52,249 bases of DNA from a virus (lineage: Duplodnaviria; Caudoviricetes): positions 1 through 52,249 of IMG/VR virus record IMGVR_UViG_3300035135_001583; one strand, given 5' to 3'. Below are positions 26,201 through 36,300 of this stretch, in pieces (the first letter of the stretch is position 1; each line of letters opens with the position of its first letter). The notes under the pieces are model-generated. The model was not told the DNA's origin. It ran no database searches and saw only the letters and a program-made list of their open reading frames with translations. The translations under genes were made by a program, and so were the position numbers.

Positions 26201-29200
26201 AGAGCTGCTTGTGAATTTAATCTTCTTAGTGCCAACAGGGAATCTCAGACCAGCATCAGCAGACCACGTGATATCCTCCAGATCAGTTTCAAATTGTGTT
26301 CCTGCAGTTGGTTTTCTGCCTGAAGGAATCAGGATGACACCAGAAGCATTACCACCGTCATCTGTGACAATCTCACTACCCCAGAAACGGAGAGAAGATC
26401 CAGGTTGCCCTGAGTAGTTACGATCGGGAACAACATAATCCGAAATAGAGACGTTATCTAAGAAAGGATACAATCTCGTGTTGGGTTTCATCTTTCTCAG
26501 ATGGAACTCGACATATTGCTCTCTAATATAAAGAGTCAATGATGTGCCGATTGTTTTCTCGCCAATAGTTGTACTAGATTGCTGCAGAGGAATTTCGCTG
26601 TTTTGTGCAGCAATGTTAGAAGAACTTGTGATCTTAGAACTGACAACTTCTGCCTCAGAATTCTGAGGTGCGTCAGAACTCAGAGAAGCAACGTTACTGA
26701 ACTCAGAATCATTACCAGTAATATACACACCAGTAACGTTATGAATTTGGGACAAAGCAGTGTCACCATCTTCGTAGATTTCCAGAGGATCTAAAGTCTG
26801 GTTATCATTATTGTTCAGAGCAGGCAGAACATTCTCATCAAACCAAGTATCTGCATTAGGTGTCAGTTCTGCTGTTCCTTTATATCCGAAGATCAAGAAT
26901 GGATTGACAGAAACTGTTTCTGTAGCAAAAGTATTCTGCGCAAGAACTGCCTCGGTGAACGGAAGTGTAACCATATGGTTATTAACCACATAGTTTGACA
27001 GCAATCTGGTAGTAGGAGTAGGATCTTTTTCTTCCAGTTGAACTGTAGTCTCTTTAGACTCAGGACGCATAGATCCACGAGTCAGGTCGAGAGCACACTT
27101 ATAGTCAACACTGTTGATGTTGGAGAGAACATAGTTCTCAAAGTTATCTACAGCAAAACCAGACTTAAACTTATTAAGACCAGTGCTAGCATCCCTAATC
27201 TGCGTATTCATTGCAGATTGCTCAAGGATAGAAAGCATCGTGTATCTTTCAACACGCTCAACACGCTTCTCCAGTTTAGAGATATCGCGCATCGTGAAAC
27301 GCTTGTTCTCTACAGGGAAGACTTTAACTTTTCTGAGGTTATCGGTAAAAGCAGGAACATAGATCTTGAAGACCTTAATTGCTTCGTCGATAGTCTGTGC
27401 AGACTGAGGATCGTTAGATCCAGCACCTTTCTTGACAATGAAGTTACCGTCTTTCTTCAGGTAAATAGTGTCAATTCTGTCAACATAGTACTCATAGTAA
27501 GAAGAGAAGGTGTACGGAATAGATGGAGAAGACTCTGTGTCGGCAGGAAGTGCTGCCGTAACACCACCAGTAGTAAACACCTCGGACACATTAGAGTTAG
27601 CATCCATCACACTGGCGTTCAAGTAACCAGGGATCTGTGCTGAGGTACCAACCAGAGGACGGAAGTCGATAACATCTGTCAGAGACTTCTTACCATACAC
27701 ATTAGAAGTAAAAGTAGGAATCTCTTCATAGTTGACACCATTCTCGTGCAGATAAGAATCTGCGGCAAAGAAGTCACCTTCGGAGTGCTTGAAGTAATCA
27801 AATCCGATAACCAGAGTACCCGAAGGAGTTCTAAAACCAGGCTTTCTAACAAGAGCAGAGGTGTCATACAAAGAATCTCTCTGTCCATCATCAAAGAGGA
27901 AATAATCGGTGATATCTGTACCAGAATCTCCAAGAATCTCTCCCGCCTCATTTACAGTAGGAGCAACACCAGGGGTGCCTTCATAAACATAACGGAGTTT
28001 AAAAACGTCAGAGAAAGACTTAACCTGACCAGTAGGATTATCATAGTCATCACCTCTCAGAGGAATGATTTCGTTGTCGAGGTCAGATGCAATAGAAATT
28101 CTCTTATTTGCTTCGACTGTTTTGAGTTTTGGTTTTGCCTTAGAAGTCTCGATAGTACAAGTAATCTTCAACTTCATATCAGCAAGGTTTAAGGTACCTG
28201 CTTGATAGAAATAACCAGCTGGGAGTTTAATGCTAAGAGAACCAGCATTGTTAGTGCTAGTGCCACTGGTGATCTCCACCATCGAACTATCAATGTAGAG
28301 AATGTCACCATCACGGACAACATCTCCTGTAGAGCTACCATATCTTGTGGTAGTAGCACCAACGTTATACACCTCAATGGTGAAATCTGATTGACTAAAC
28401 GGAGCAAACTGCTGCTGACCGAAATCTAACTGTGCAGCAACTGAAATTTCATTTGTAGTACCGTCAATACTGACAGATTCAATAAACTGTCTTCTTGAAT
28501 AGTATGTAATGCCAGTGTTGGTGTCATCAGTAAGAATAGAGGCAACCTTACTGTTGGGAAGAGGAAGGATCAGACTAGACTTACCAGCATTTGCAATCTT
28601 TGCTCTAATTCTAGTAATAGTGTTAGAAGAGAATCCAACCAGAAGACGTTGCTTCAGATAAATTCTACCGACTCTATCGGTAGAAGCATTGCAAGCATTA
28701 GCAACTTCATATCTAAAAGTATTACCATCAACAGTGACCTGAATCAGATCATCAACCTTCAGATCATCTGCAGGACGTGCGGTGTAGTTTGTTGCTTCAA
28801 TGAAGTCGCAATCAGCAACACCAGAATACTGGAGGTTATTGCTGATAGTTTTAAAATCAGTATATTCAGTTTCTGCATATTGGATGTCGCCAGTAAAGAA
28901 CTTACTAGAAGCACCGTGCTGCATACCGATAGAACGGAAGTCTTCGGTACCAAAAGTCTGAATGACATCAGTATAAAGAACTGCCTTCACATATGCATTC
29001 GGATCACTTGCACTATGAACACCACCAGTATCAACAACTTCACAAGTCGGAGGAAGTGTGAAGGTATCGAGAATATCTCTTCTACCTAGTTCTGTAAATC
29101 TAACTGCGTGGATATAATCTGATTGACCATTAACGCCATCGAGAATAGTCTCTCTGGTAACAGTGATGTAGTTAGAAAGATACTGACGAGCTCCAATCTT

Positions 29201-31507
29201 TAATTCGCAAAGTTCGGAATAGTTCTCGCCACCATAAGGAACAGTAAAATGACTAATGCGACCAGAGGTTGCAATCACTGCAGACTTACCGCTGTCATCC
29301 ATATCGAAGATTTCTTCACCTTCGATAAACTCACCGATAATACTAGACACAGTAATAACATTACCGTGAGATAGAGATGCGTTCTGGGGATCATTCTGTC
29401 CAACAGAAAGACCACCTTCAATAACACCAGTAGCACCAGAAATCGAACCCTTGATGTTAGATCCAGTCTCAAAAGCGTGAAGACCAGTCAGTTTAATTCT
29501 GGTAAACAGAATCGGGTTGGTGTAGGAGAATGTAAATGTGCTGTCCTGAACTGAAGGACTAGCAAACACATTCTTTGTTTTATCAAATCCAGTGGGTTGC
29601 TTTGCAAACTTAAAGTCTCTTGCAATAGCACGACCAATAATCGGATGCACTGGTTCGGTATAATCCAGGATCATACCGTAGAAGGTGCTACCGCTATTGT
29701 TGCCATACAGTGAGATGCCGTCAGTAGACCCTGCACCAGCGCCACCTAACTTAGCGGGACCGTGACTCTGATATGAGTTATGGATGCTATAGAGGGCACG
29801 GATGGGACCTCTCAGGACCAATTCGTGCACGACGTGCTCCGAACCAGACTCATACATACCGCCAACAGCGGTATCGCTAATCCAAGGCACTTCTGAGGTG
29901 CCGTCATCTTTCTTAAGTTGCAGGTTAAATCTTGCTGCAATACACTGAACTTCGTCGTATGATGTTCCGTTGTAGTGGTACAGAGGTGCACTAGCACCAG
30001 TTTTTAACGGAGTATAAACAATATCTGTGGTGTTAGCGACAAGATCGATAGGATCGCCATTAACAGGATCAACGCCAGGATACACCCAGACAGTCATAGT
30101 GGCACTGTCGTTATTGTAGACAGTACCTCTCAGGTCACTAGCTGCAAAGGTTCTAGAGTCAATGCTATTCTTAGTCCCGTTTGTACCGAGATAAGAATCA
30201 ATAAACTTTCTATAAAGGTCAACCTTTTTGAACGGTGTTGATTCACCGTCAGAAGTAGCACTAATAGGAACGCTACTTTGTACAGCACGAATACCCACTG
30301 TAGGCAGCGGGGTGGAATACAACCTAGTGTTATCTCTGTTTTGAGTATCTTTTGCTCTGTCAAGAGGGAGATACTTAGTTTCAGTATTCTCTACCTCATA
30401 ACCACGGACATATGCCTTTCCAGGACCGATGCCCAACACCATCTTGTCGAGAGCCTCGATTGTGCTATGACCGTTTACCAAACCATCTTCGCCTGTTTGG
30501 TAGAAACCAGAACCATCTTCCTTGTAATAGTCCTTAAGATCAGCAATAAAGTTTCTGACAATATAGTCGCCAGACTCATCATATGTTCTACGAGCAAGGA
30601 TTTCTTCGATCTGACTCGGAGGAGTCTGTTTAATTTGTCTCTGGATTTTACCTTGCTCCAGATACACCAACTGAACAAAGTTCTTATTGGAAGGTGTATT
30701 AATATCGAATTTCTCTAGTACAAGTCTGATTCTCAGACGGTGTGCACCAGGAGCAGAATAGTTAGAGTAACCCTGAGCGTTGTCCTTGAGAGATTCATCA
30801 TCCTCAGGAGTTACTACTGTCTCAGTGATAGTCCAACCAACTTTAAAAGAAGAATTGGTTGTATACTTGGACAGAATGAGTGTCTGCTCATCATTCTGCA
30901 CAAAGTGACCATTAATAAAGTAAATGCCTTTCTGGACATTAACTGCAGAACCATAACCCATTGCAGGAGTATCTGCGGGTTTGATTCCATCAGTACCAAC
31001 AACTAAAGTAGGATCGTTATCCGTTGTTGGTGATTCTAATTTAAGAGATTCACCTTGTCGGAATCTAGTGTCAGTATTATCAGAACCTGAACTGATATAC
31101 TTAACAAAAATACTATCAGCGTCAGTGGTAGTTTCGTAGGAATGGTTATCTACGAATGCCTTGACACCAGATGTTTGACCGACAAGAATCTTACCGACTA
31201 GTTGCGAAATATCATACTTAACGAAATTAACTTCGCCGTCGATATTTTGTGCAACCTGAGAGACGCTGCTTAACTTAACGTATTCGTATGTATCCGAATA
31301 TGAAACTTCACCAGGGATCACCATCTGACCCTGTTTAAACATACTGTTACCGACCTGTTCCACTTGGTCCTGCAGCATAGACTGCAGTTGGGTCAACTCT
31401 CTCGCTTGGATCGAGTATCCAGGTCTGAACAGAATCCTATAGAAGTTTTTCCCCGCATCAAAGTCGTCGAAATACGGGGATCTATTCAGGTTAGTATTTT
31501 GCGGCAT
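23258..31507 (-). CDS. Very large baseplate-associated structural protein (VrlC / DUF4815-like), 2749 aa
   Basis: NLNRSPYFDDFD...ILFRPG...QARELTQLQS, APGAHRL, LARRTYDESGDY, KAYVRGYE, FKSGFAVDNF, DPLAQTF, PPRIRDLRTIA. Confidence 0.9.
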   Translation of the reverse strand: MPQNTNLNRSPYFDDFDAGKNFYRILFRPGYSIQARELTQLQSMLQDQVEQVGNSMFKQGQMVIPGEVSYSDTYEYVKLSSVSQVAQNIDGEVNFVKYDISQLVGKILVGQTSGVKAFVDNHSYETTTDADSIFVKYISSGSDNTDTRFRQGESLKLESPTTDNDPTLVVGTDGIKPADTPAMGYGSAVNVQKGIYFINGHFVQNDEQTLILSKYTTNSSFKVGWTITETVVTPEDDESLKDNAQGYSNYSAPGAHRLRIRLVLEKFDINTPSNKNFVQLVYLEQGKIQRQIKQTPPSQIEEILARRTYDESGDYIVRNFIADLKDYYKEDGSGFYQTGEDGLVNGHSTIEALDKMVLGIGPGKAYVRGYEVENTETKYLPLDRAKDTQNRDNTRLYSTPLPTVGIRAVQSSVPISATSDGESTPFKKVDLYRKFIDSYLGTNGTKNSIDSRTFAASDLRGTVYNNDSATMTVWVYPGVDPVNGDPIDLVANTTDIVYTPLKTGASAPLYHYNGTSYDEVQCIAARFNLQLKKDDGTSEVPWISDTAVGGMYESGSEHVVHELVLRGPIRALYSIHNSYQSHGPAKLGGAGAGSTDGISLYGNNSGSTFYGMILDYTEPVHPIIGRAIARDFKFAKQPTGFDKTKNVFASPSVQDSTFTFSYTNPILFTRIKLTGLHAFETGSNIKGSISGATGVIEGGLSVGQNDPQNASLSHGNVITVSSIIGEFIEGEEIFDMDDSGKSAVIATSGRISHFTVPYGGENYSELCELKIGARQYLSNYITVTRETILDGVNGQSDYIHAVRFTELGRRDILDTFTLPPTCEVVDTGGVHSASDPNAYVKAVLYTDVIQTFGTEDFRSIGMQHGASSKFFTGDIQYAETEYTDFKTISNNLQYSGVADCDFIEATNYTARPADDLKVDDLIQVTVDGNTFRYEVANACNASTDRVGRIYLKQRLLVGFSSNTITRIRAKIANAGKSSLILPLPNSKVASILTDDTNTGITYYSRRQFIESVSIDGTTNEISVAAQLDFGQQQFAPFSQSDFTIEVYNVGATTTRYGSSTGDVVRDGDILYIDSSMVEITSGTSTNNAGSLSIKLPAGYFYQAGTLNLADMKLKITCTIETSKAKPKLKTVEANKRISIASDLDNEIIPLRGDDYDNPTGQVKSFSDVFKLRYVYEGTPGVAPTVNEAGEILGDSGTDITDYFLFDDGQRDSLYDTSALVRKPGFRTPSGTLVIGFDYFKHSEGDFFAADSYLHENGVNYEEIPTFTSNVYGKKSLTDVIDFRPLVGTSAQIPGYLNASVMDANSNVSEVFTTGGVTAALPADTESSPSIPYTFSSYYEYYVDRIDTIYLKKDGNFIVKKGAGSNDPQSAQTIDEAIKVFKIYVPAFTDNLRKVKVFPVENKRFTMRDISKLEKRVERVERYTMLSILEQSAMNTQIRDASTGLNKFKSGFAVDNFENYVLSNINSVDYKCALDLTRGSMRPESKETTVQLEEKDPTPTTRLLSNYVVNNHMVTLPFTEAVLAQNTFATETVSVNPFLIFGYKGTAELTPNADTWFDENVLPALNNNDNQTLDPLEIYEDGDTALSQIHNVTGVYITGNDSEFSNVASLSSDAPQNSEAEVVSSKITSSSNIAAQNSEIPLQQSSTTIGEKTIGTSLTLYIREQYVEFHLRKMKPNTRLYPFLDNVSISDYVVPDRNYSGQPGSSLRFWGSEIVTDDGGNASGVILIPSGRKPTAGTQFETDLEDITWSADAGLRFPVGTKKIKFTSSSTNAAHPETFANVTFFATGVKEPAPNDIISVESVIDEDKVDGTQYTENILNPEISVVDPLAQTFRVESFEGGVFATSVNLYFSSKDNTLPVSVKLTDTIAGRPSKNVIPGSNVVVDPNTYIRVMTSGAHTLIKNEIIEGDTSNAQGPLIGVLDSQNTPVPEVNGTFTLATTQVYTLILGDHNKETFLPGEPLVITSLTVANNSRSGDSIVSMEIVLDSGYISHVVMDDLGDGYAGSTTVTVESPQLPGGVTATAIPSITDQKVYEINPTLGGSEYTTPPSVLIVSNSATQLASATAVIKYNKPAVRMGVATDSKALVPTQFHFQYPVYLENDREYALIIETNSTQYQTFISRLGETEINSNSTVTTQPLLGSLFKSQNSNLWTANQYEDLKFEMHRAQFDTAKSGVVELVNADMGYSKLSANPLQTDATGSSSTGSQLFGANTKILKVMHKNHGLNKGSYVALKKSSGVGGYSSTAINSQILPVIDAGIDFYTVGMVTSAGGTATGGGLNVLALGQVKFEKALVKLDSLDYPDTTLSTTIKTTAIKPIDSRETVTDYTAEDGVPIILNKEYYFPTQRVVASKLNEKLFSSRLNSQKSLGVTATLSTTNANLSPIINLKNPQAILTTNRVESPTGIEDRYGRKVQQVEVYKTVVMRFIDSAGTPATLGSAQSFETTNGKGQIITGKTSGTKGILSYWNAASPGEMFVRIIEGEGFILGEEPVFSGSSSYNQEWNFDGSTTNPTSGAAQGFTLPLKIAGDLSLAQFDIDPADKLANDTDTKTGNIVRWNQENYRLIFTSNDSAYAEGDIIGVGNAVNGTYEDGFDIINQSFNVPMEIKEVYDAYGFLFTPERLKNSSNVANYVTKEISLDNPGNGITVKITAALQEIDDIAVMYKTKRSSQQVFFNEINWTYFNESGGPDEAVAPSTGTNFSPTTESEADFKEYSFTVDNLKDFNSFAIKVVMRSRNPAMPPRIRDLRTIATY

Positions 31508-31526
31508 CTCTTGGGTCTCTTGTTAA

Positions 31527-33344
31527 TTAGAACTCAACGACGAGTTTAATATCCTCAATCTGGTCAGAAGCACGAGAAATTGCACGACGGTTCTCAATGT
31601 AAATGATGTCACCTGAGTTACCTTCGATCTCGGGGTTAGCAAGACCAGAAGCAAAGATAACACCGCCGTCGGTCTGACCACCAGGCGTATTATATGTACT
31701 ATTTACCGTAGCAGTAGAAAGCGAAGTTCCACCAGAAACCGTATCAGAACCATTGCTGAACGGATAGACAACACCGTTGTGGGTGTGGCGATCAGGAGAT
31801 TGGAAATACTTGAGGATGTTGTAAGTAACACCATCCACAGTACCCTTCCAGGAAACCACAGTTGCCTTAGCAGTAACTGACTGACCATTCAAGGTGTAAG
31901 TCTGGGAGATCTCTTCGTCAACGAAGAAATCACCAGAAGCACTCTGTACCTTAAGTGCAGGAGTTGCACTCAGGTTGTCAGCAGTAGCGAAATCGGTGGA
32001 GTTGTAGTTGTAAGGGTCGCGCAGCAGACCAATACGACGGAAGTCGTTATCAGTCGGGAAGTCACCCTCACCTTCGTCATAAGTCAAGCGAGTGTTAATC
32101 ATCACACGCTTGCCACCCAGTTCTTCAACGGGGTCTTTGCCGTGACCACCCTGAGGAGGAATGATCACTTCGAGAGCGCCGCCAGTAGCGTCGCTGTTAG
32201 CGTCAATGTTAGAAGCAGTAGTCAGAGCAGCATCACTGTATACATCGTTCAAGTTGATCGATGCATAGGTATAACCTGTACCAGAAGCTTGCAGACTTGC
32301 TTCAACAATAGCGCCAGAGTCAACAACCAGTTTGGCGATACCATTCTGACCATTGCCCTGAATCGGAGAATAATAAGTACCAGCGTCGTAGTTGGTACCA
32401 GCATCTGTGATCAGGATGGTGTCGATAGCACCGTCAACAGCAGCGGTTGTCACTGCGGTTTCTTCCACGATAGGAAGGAAGTCCGTAGAGAGGAATTTCA
32501 GCACACTATCAGTGGGGATGGTGTACATATACTTCCACACATATGGACGCTTACCATCTGTACGGAAACCAGGGTTACCAGGATCTTCAGGTTCGATGAA
32601 GATACCCGAGATGGATTGAATCTTTGTGGGTTCGGTCACAGACACGACACCGTTGGGGTCGGTAGGAGTTTGACCGTTATAGATGCACTTGAACACCTCA
32701 TAGCTGCTGTTCATCACATAGAATGTGGAAGCAAACAGAGAGGTAGAACCTGTAGCAGCGGTCTTGGCGCTACTGTAGTCAGGTTTGTACATATCGTACA
32801 CAGTGTTAGCGCCGAAGTTATAACGCTTGACCACGAAGGTCACGTCATCCTTCTTAACACGCTTGAGCGAGATCATATCATCATAGATCTCGAACTTCTC
32901 TTCTTGAGAATCGAAAGGTTGTGTCGGAACGTTTTCGGATCCAGTTCTCCACACACCTGCTTTAGCGGTAGCACCGCTGGTGTTGCCTGTGACGGTGGTA
33001 CCAGCAACGAAGTTCGAGTTCTGACCCGAAGAACCGTTGATACCTGAGAGAAGGACCGAATTAGGGAACACTTTCTCGACCGTTCCATAGACAGTTGCGC
33101 CGCCAGGATAAGAAGTACCCTGATAGACGATTTCACCTTCTTGGAAAGTGTTGTTGATTGCATACAATTCTAAGTATGCACGCCACTCTTGAGGGCGACC
33201 AATAAAGAAGTACAATCGAGTACGTTGGGTACCAGACTCAGCTGCCGTTTCCTCTGCAGGAGAAGCAGTGTCAGGTTCCGCCAGCGCCTCAACGAACTGC
33301 TGTGCATTATGAATTCTAAAGAGATCAGTGATAATTGCAGACAT
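31527..33344 (-). CDS. gp8: Baseplate wedge subunit
   Basis: MSAIITDLFRIHNAQQF, FYVMNSSYEVFKCIYN, YVWKYMYTI, IIPPQGGHG, NDFRRIGL, QIEDIKLVVEF. Confidence 0.92.
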   Translation of the reverse strand: MSAIITDLFRIHNAQQFVEALAEPDTASPAEETAAESGTQRTRLYFFIGRPQEWRAYLELYAINNTFQEGEIVYQGTSYPGGATVYGTVEKVFPNSVLLSGINGSSGQNSNFVAGTTVTGNTSGATAKAGVWRTGSENVPTQPFDSQEEKFEIYDDMISLKRVKKDDVTFVVKRYNFGANTVYDMYKPDYSSAKTAATGSTSLFASTFYVMNSSYEVFKCIYNGQTPTDPNGVVSVTEPTKIQSISGIFIEPEDPGNPGFRTDGKRPYVWKYMYTIPTDSVLKFLSTDFLPIVEETAVTTAAVDGAIDTILITDAGTNYDAGTYYSPIQGNGQNGIAKLVVDSGAIVEASLQASGTGYTYASINLNDVYSDAALTTASNIDANSDATGGALEVIIPPQGGHGKDPVEELGGKRVMINTRLTYDEGEGDFPTDNDFRRIGLLRDPYNYNSTDFATADNLSATPALKVQSASGDFFVDEEISQTYTLNGQSVTAKATVVSWKGTVDGVTYNILKYFQSPDRHTHNGVVYPFSNGSDTVSGGTSLSTATVNSTYNTPGGQTDGGVIFASGLANPEIEGNSGDIIYIENRRAISRASDQIEDIKLVVEF

Positions 33345-33377
33345 TGGATTTTCGTATACTGAGACTGGATCCGAGGT

Positions 33378-33390
33378 TATTTATATTTAG
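33378..33390 (-). promoter_or_regulatory. Overlapping late promoters (CTAAATA and TATAAATA) for gp8
   Basis: tatttatatttag on plus strand. Confidence 0.8.
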
Positions 33391-33399
33391 TCGGTTTAA

Positions 33400-36300
33400 T
33401 TAGAACTTATTTGCGGTCAGGACCACAGATCCCACAGGATAAGTAGGTTCGCTGTCGATGTCATCCAACCACCAAGTTCTAAGTGCGAAGTAATCAGCAG
33501 CACTTGCTTGAATGTTAAGCTGCTGGTAATATAATCTGAAACTATTTCCAGCATTAATTTCAGTTTGGACAGTTGCTGGAATAGTAAGAGTTGTGGTGCT
33601 CCAATCAATGCCTACATCATTACTGAAGGAGGCGCTAGTGTATTCCCAAACATTGCCAGCTTTAACATAACCAGTTGCTTGGGTCCAGAAGAAGCACTCT
33701 AAATCTTGTCCTGGTGTTTCACCACCGTTGGACATATTACCCCTTATATATTCAGTAGTAATAGTGGTGTGATTCTGGAATGTTGCGATCTGATCAGTTG
33801 TGCTGAATTCCCACTGAATCCATCTGTCGTTACCAGTACTACCACCGTAGAAAGCATAATATTGAACATCAGAAACAAAGAATCCGTTATAACTCAATCC
33901 AGTACCGCCATTTCTAACTGATACGTTGATATCAGTAGGAGTCATAGGCATCTCAGTGAATCGCGAACCTTCCTCCACTGCACTAAGAGGATTCAATCTC
34001 TGAACGCCAAGGAATCTATCACTGGTGGCAGAGGTATATGACATTTCCTCTCTTGTATCGGTACCAGGAACACCAACGATGAATCTGCCACCAGAAGCTG
34101 GGAATCCTTTCGTGCTGTTCACGAGAACAACATCATCTCCGAATGTGTTATCCAGAACCATAGCTTTGCTAGAAGTTCTGAAGTGGAATTCGGCACCCTG
34201 TTGATAACGGAAGTGACCATCTTTATCGCCAGTAGCATATACCTGAGAATTTGTAATTTCAGGATTTTCAAAATCACCAATAGTGAGATTGGGATACAAG
34301 TTAGACCAGAATTCGATAGTCATATCACCCATAACATAATTAATCTGTCTGCCAGCAGAATCAGTGTAGTAACCGTTCTGTCCGATAGTGCTATTAGTTT
34401 GAGGTTGAATCTCAAACTTCATAGACTCCAGAGAACCAATGCTCGGTCCAAGTGAACCTGTGCTGAAGGAATCAAATCCACGCATATCAGGGTTGTTGTC
34501 TGCTCTACGCTCGACAACACCAGACTGATACTGAACCATAGTTTCAGACTTTCTATGTCTGGTGATAGCAACAGAGACTCCCTGCACGCCACCAGTCATT
34601 TGAGACTGAAGAAGTTCGGTTTTGTTGTATTGGCAACGCACTTCCTCAGGTGCCAGGTTGATGTAAATCTCAGGTTGAGGATGCATCGTAGGTCCGAGAT
34701 CCAGAATCTTCTGGATAATCACACGACCGTCATAGTATTTCTTAACTCTCCAGATAGGAGCTCCAGCATTACCAAAGACAATATTCTCGCCAATGGGACA
34801 CCAAGAGTTAAATCTAGACCATTGTCTCTGATCGCCACCTTTGAAGATAACGTCAAGGAAAGAAGAAATCGGAAGTTCGTTTACCGTCGCATCCATACGC
34901 GGTGGTTCAATACCGAACGTCGTGAAGTTTGCAATCTTCAGAGCATTAGGACGGGTAACAAAGTATCCTCTGGTGAACAAGACCTGAGGAGGAACCTTAT
35001 AACCAGAACCTGTGGAGATCAGTTCTGTATCAACAACTTCTCCTCTAACAACGATTGCAGATGCACGTGCACCACCGCCAGTGGGTGATCCGAGAGGATC
35101 GCCATTAGTATCGACCACAGGTTGTGATCTGAAAATCATCACGGGAGGTTCGCGATAGTTTACAGAAGTTTGTGGTTGAAGTTGATCGTCATACAGAGAC
35201 GAAGAGAAATCATAATGTCCAGGTTCGTCATTCGCACTGGCATTCTTAGGAACAAAACTGCCGCCAAGAAGATCTTCGCCTTTGTTCTTGATATTTGCCT
35301 GATGCCATTCTCTATAAGACTCGTAGTAAGCAGAGTTATCACGTTTTGTGAGAACAACGCTGTTCACGCCACCTGCTTTCAGATATTGAATAGCAACAGC
35401 ATTGGTGCTGGAAACGTTGTCAATGTAGATTCTCTCACCAGGACGGAATGCCGTGGCACTAGGATCTGTATAGGGGTTTCCATCAATATATTCACTACGG
35501 AACTCAATAGTCTTTCTGGATGCACTATATGACTTAACTTCACCTTGCCAGACAACAGGAGAACTAATATCATTCTGGTCTTGATACTGAACAACAACGT
35601 CTCCAGGTAAAAATTCAACACCTTCTTGTCTAGAAGATGTGAGGGTGTGGAATCTGACCTCAGCATCGATTCTTGCAATTGCTTGTGCACCAGTACCTTC
35701 AATTTGTCCAGAGTAAGGACCAACGTTAAGCACAACTTCATACTCATATGATCTGAAGAACGATGCCACATTACCAGAAGTATCGGAATCGTAACCAGAT
35801 GTCACCAATGCTTCACGTGCTGCACGGACAATACTACGTGTATCTGCTTCACCGTCAATCTGGATCAAATCTCCAGAAGTCAAGTTAGAACTAATTCTAT
35901 CTTGTCTATTGAATAATTTTTCGCGAAGGGAATCATTAACAGATTCTTCGACACCGATGATTTGCAAATCAATAATAGAAGGACTTGCACCTCTATCTCT
36001 AGTAACGCTCAAGGTACCGTTCAACCAGTTCTGTTTCTGTGCAGTAACACCTTCAACGAAGAGGATGTTCTGTTGACCAGGAGTCCAGGACTGCTTGTAA
36101 ATCCTACCTCTAGCAAACGAATACGGATACTCTCTTGTAGTGCCAGTAACAGGTTCTGTAGAAATCCAGCATTCTGCTCCTTCCAGAGGCAGCAGAATTT
36201 GTTGGTCCAGAGTCAGTTTGAAGAACTTCTTGAATGTACCAGGAGGTTCGATATTAAATCCAAGTAGCACACGCTCAGGATCCAAACCATAGAAGTAAAG

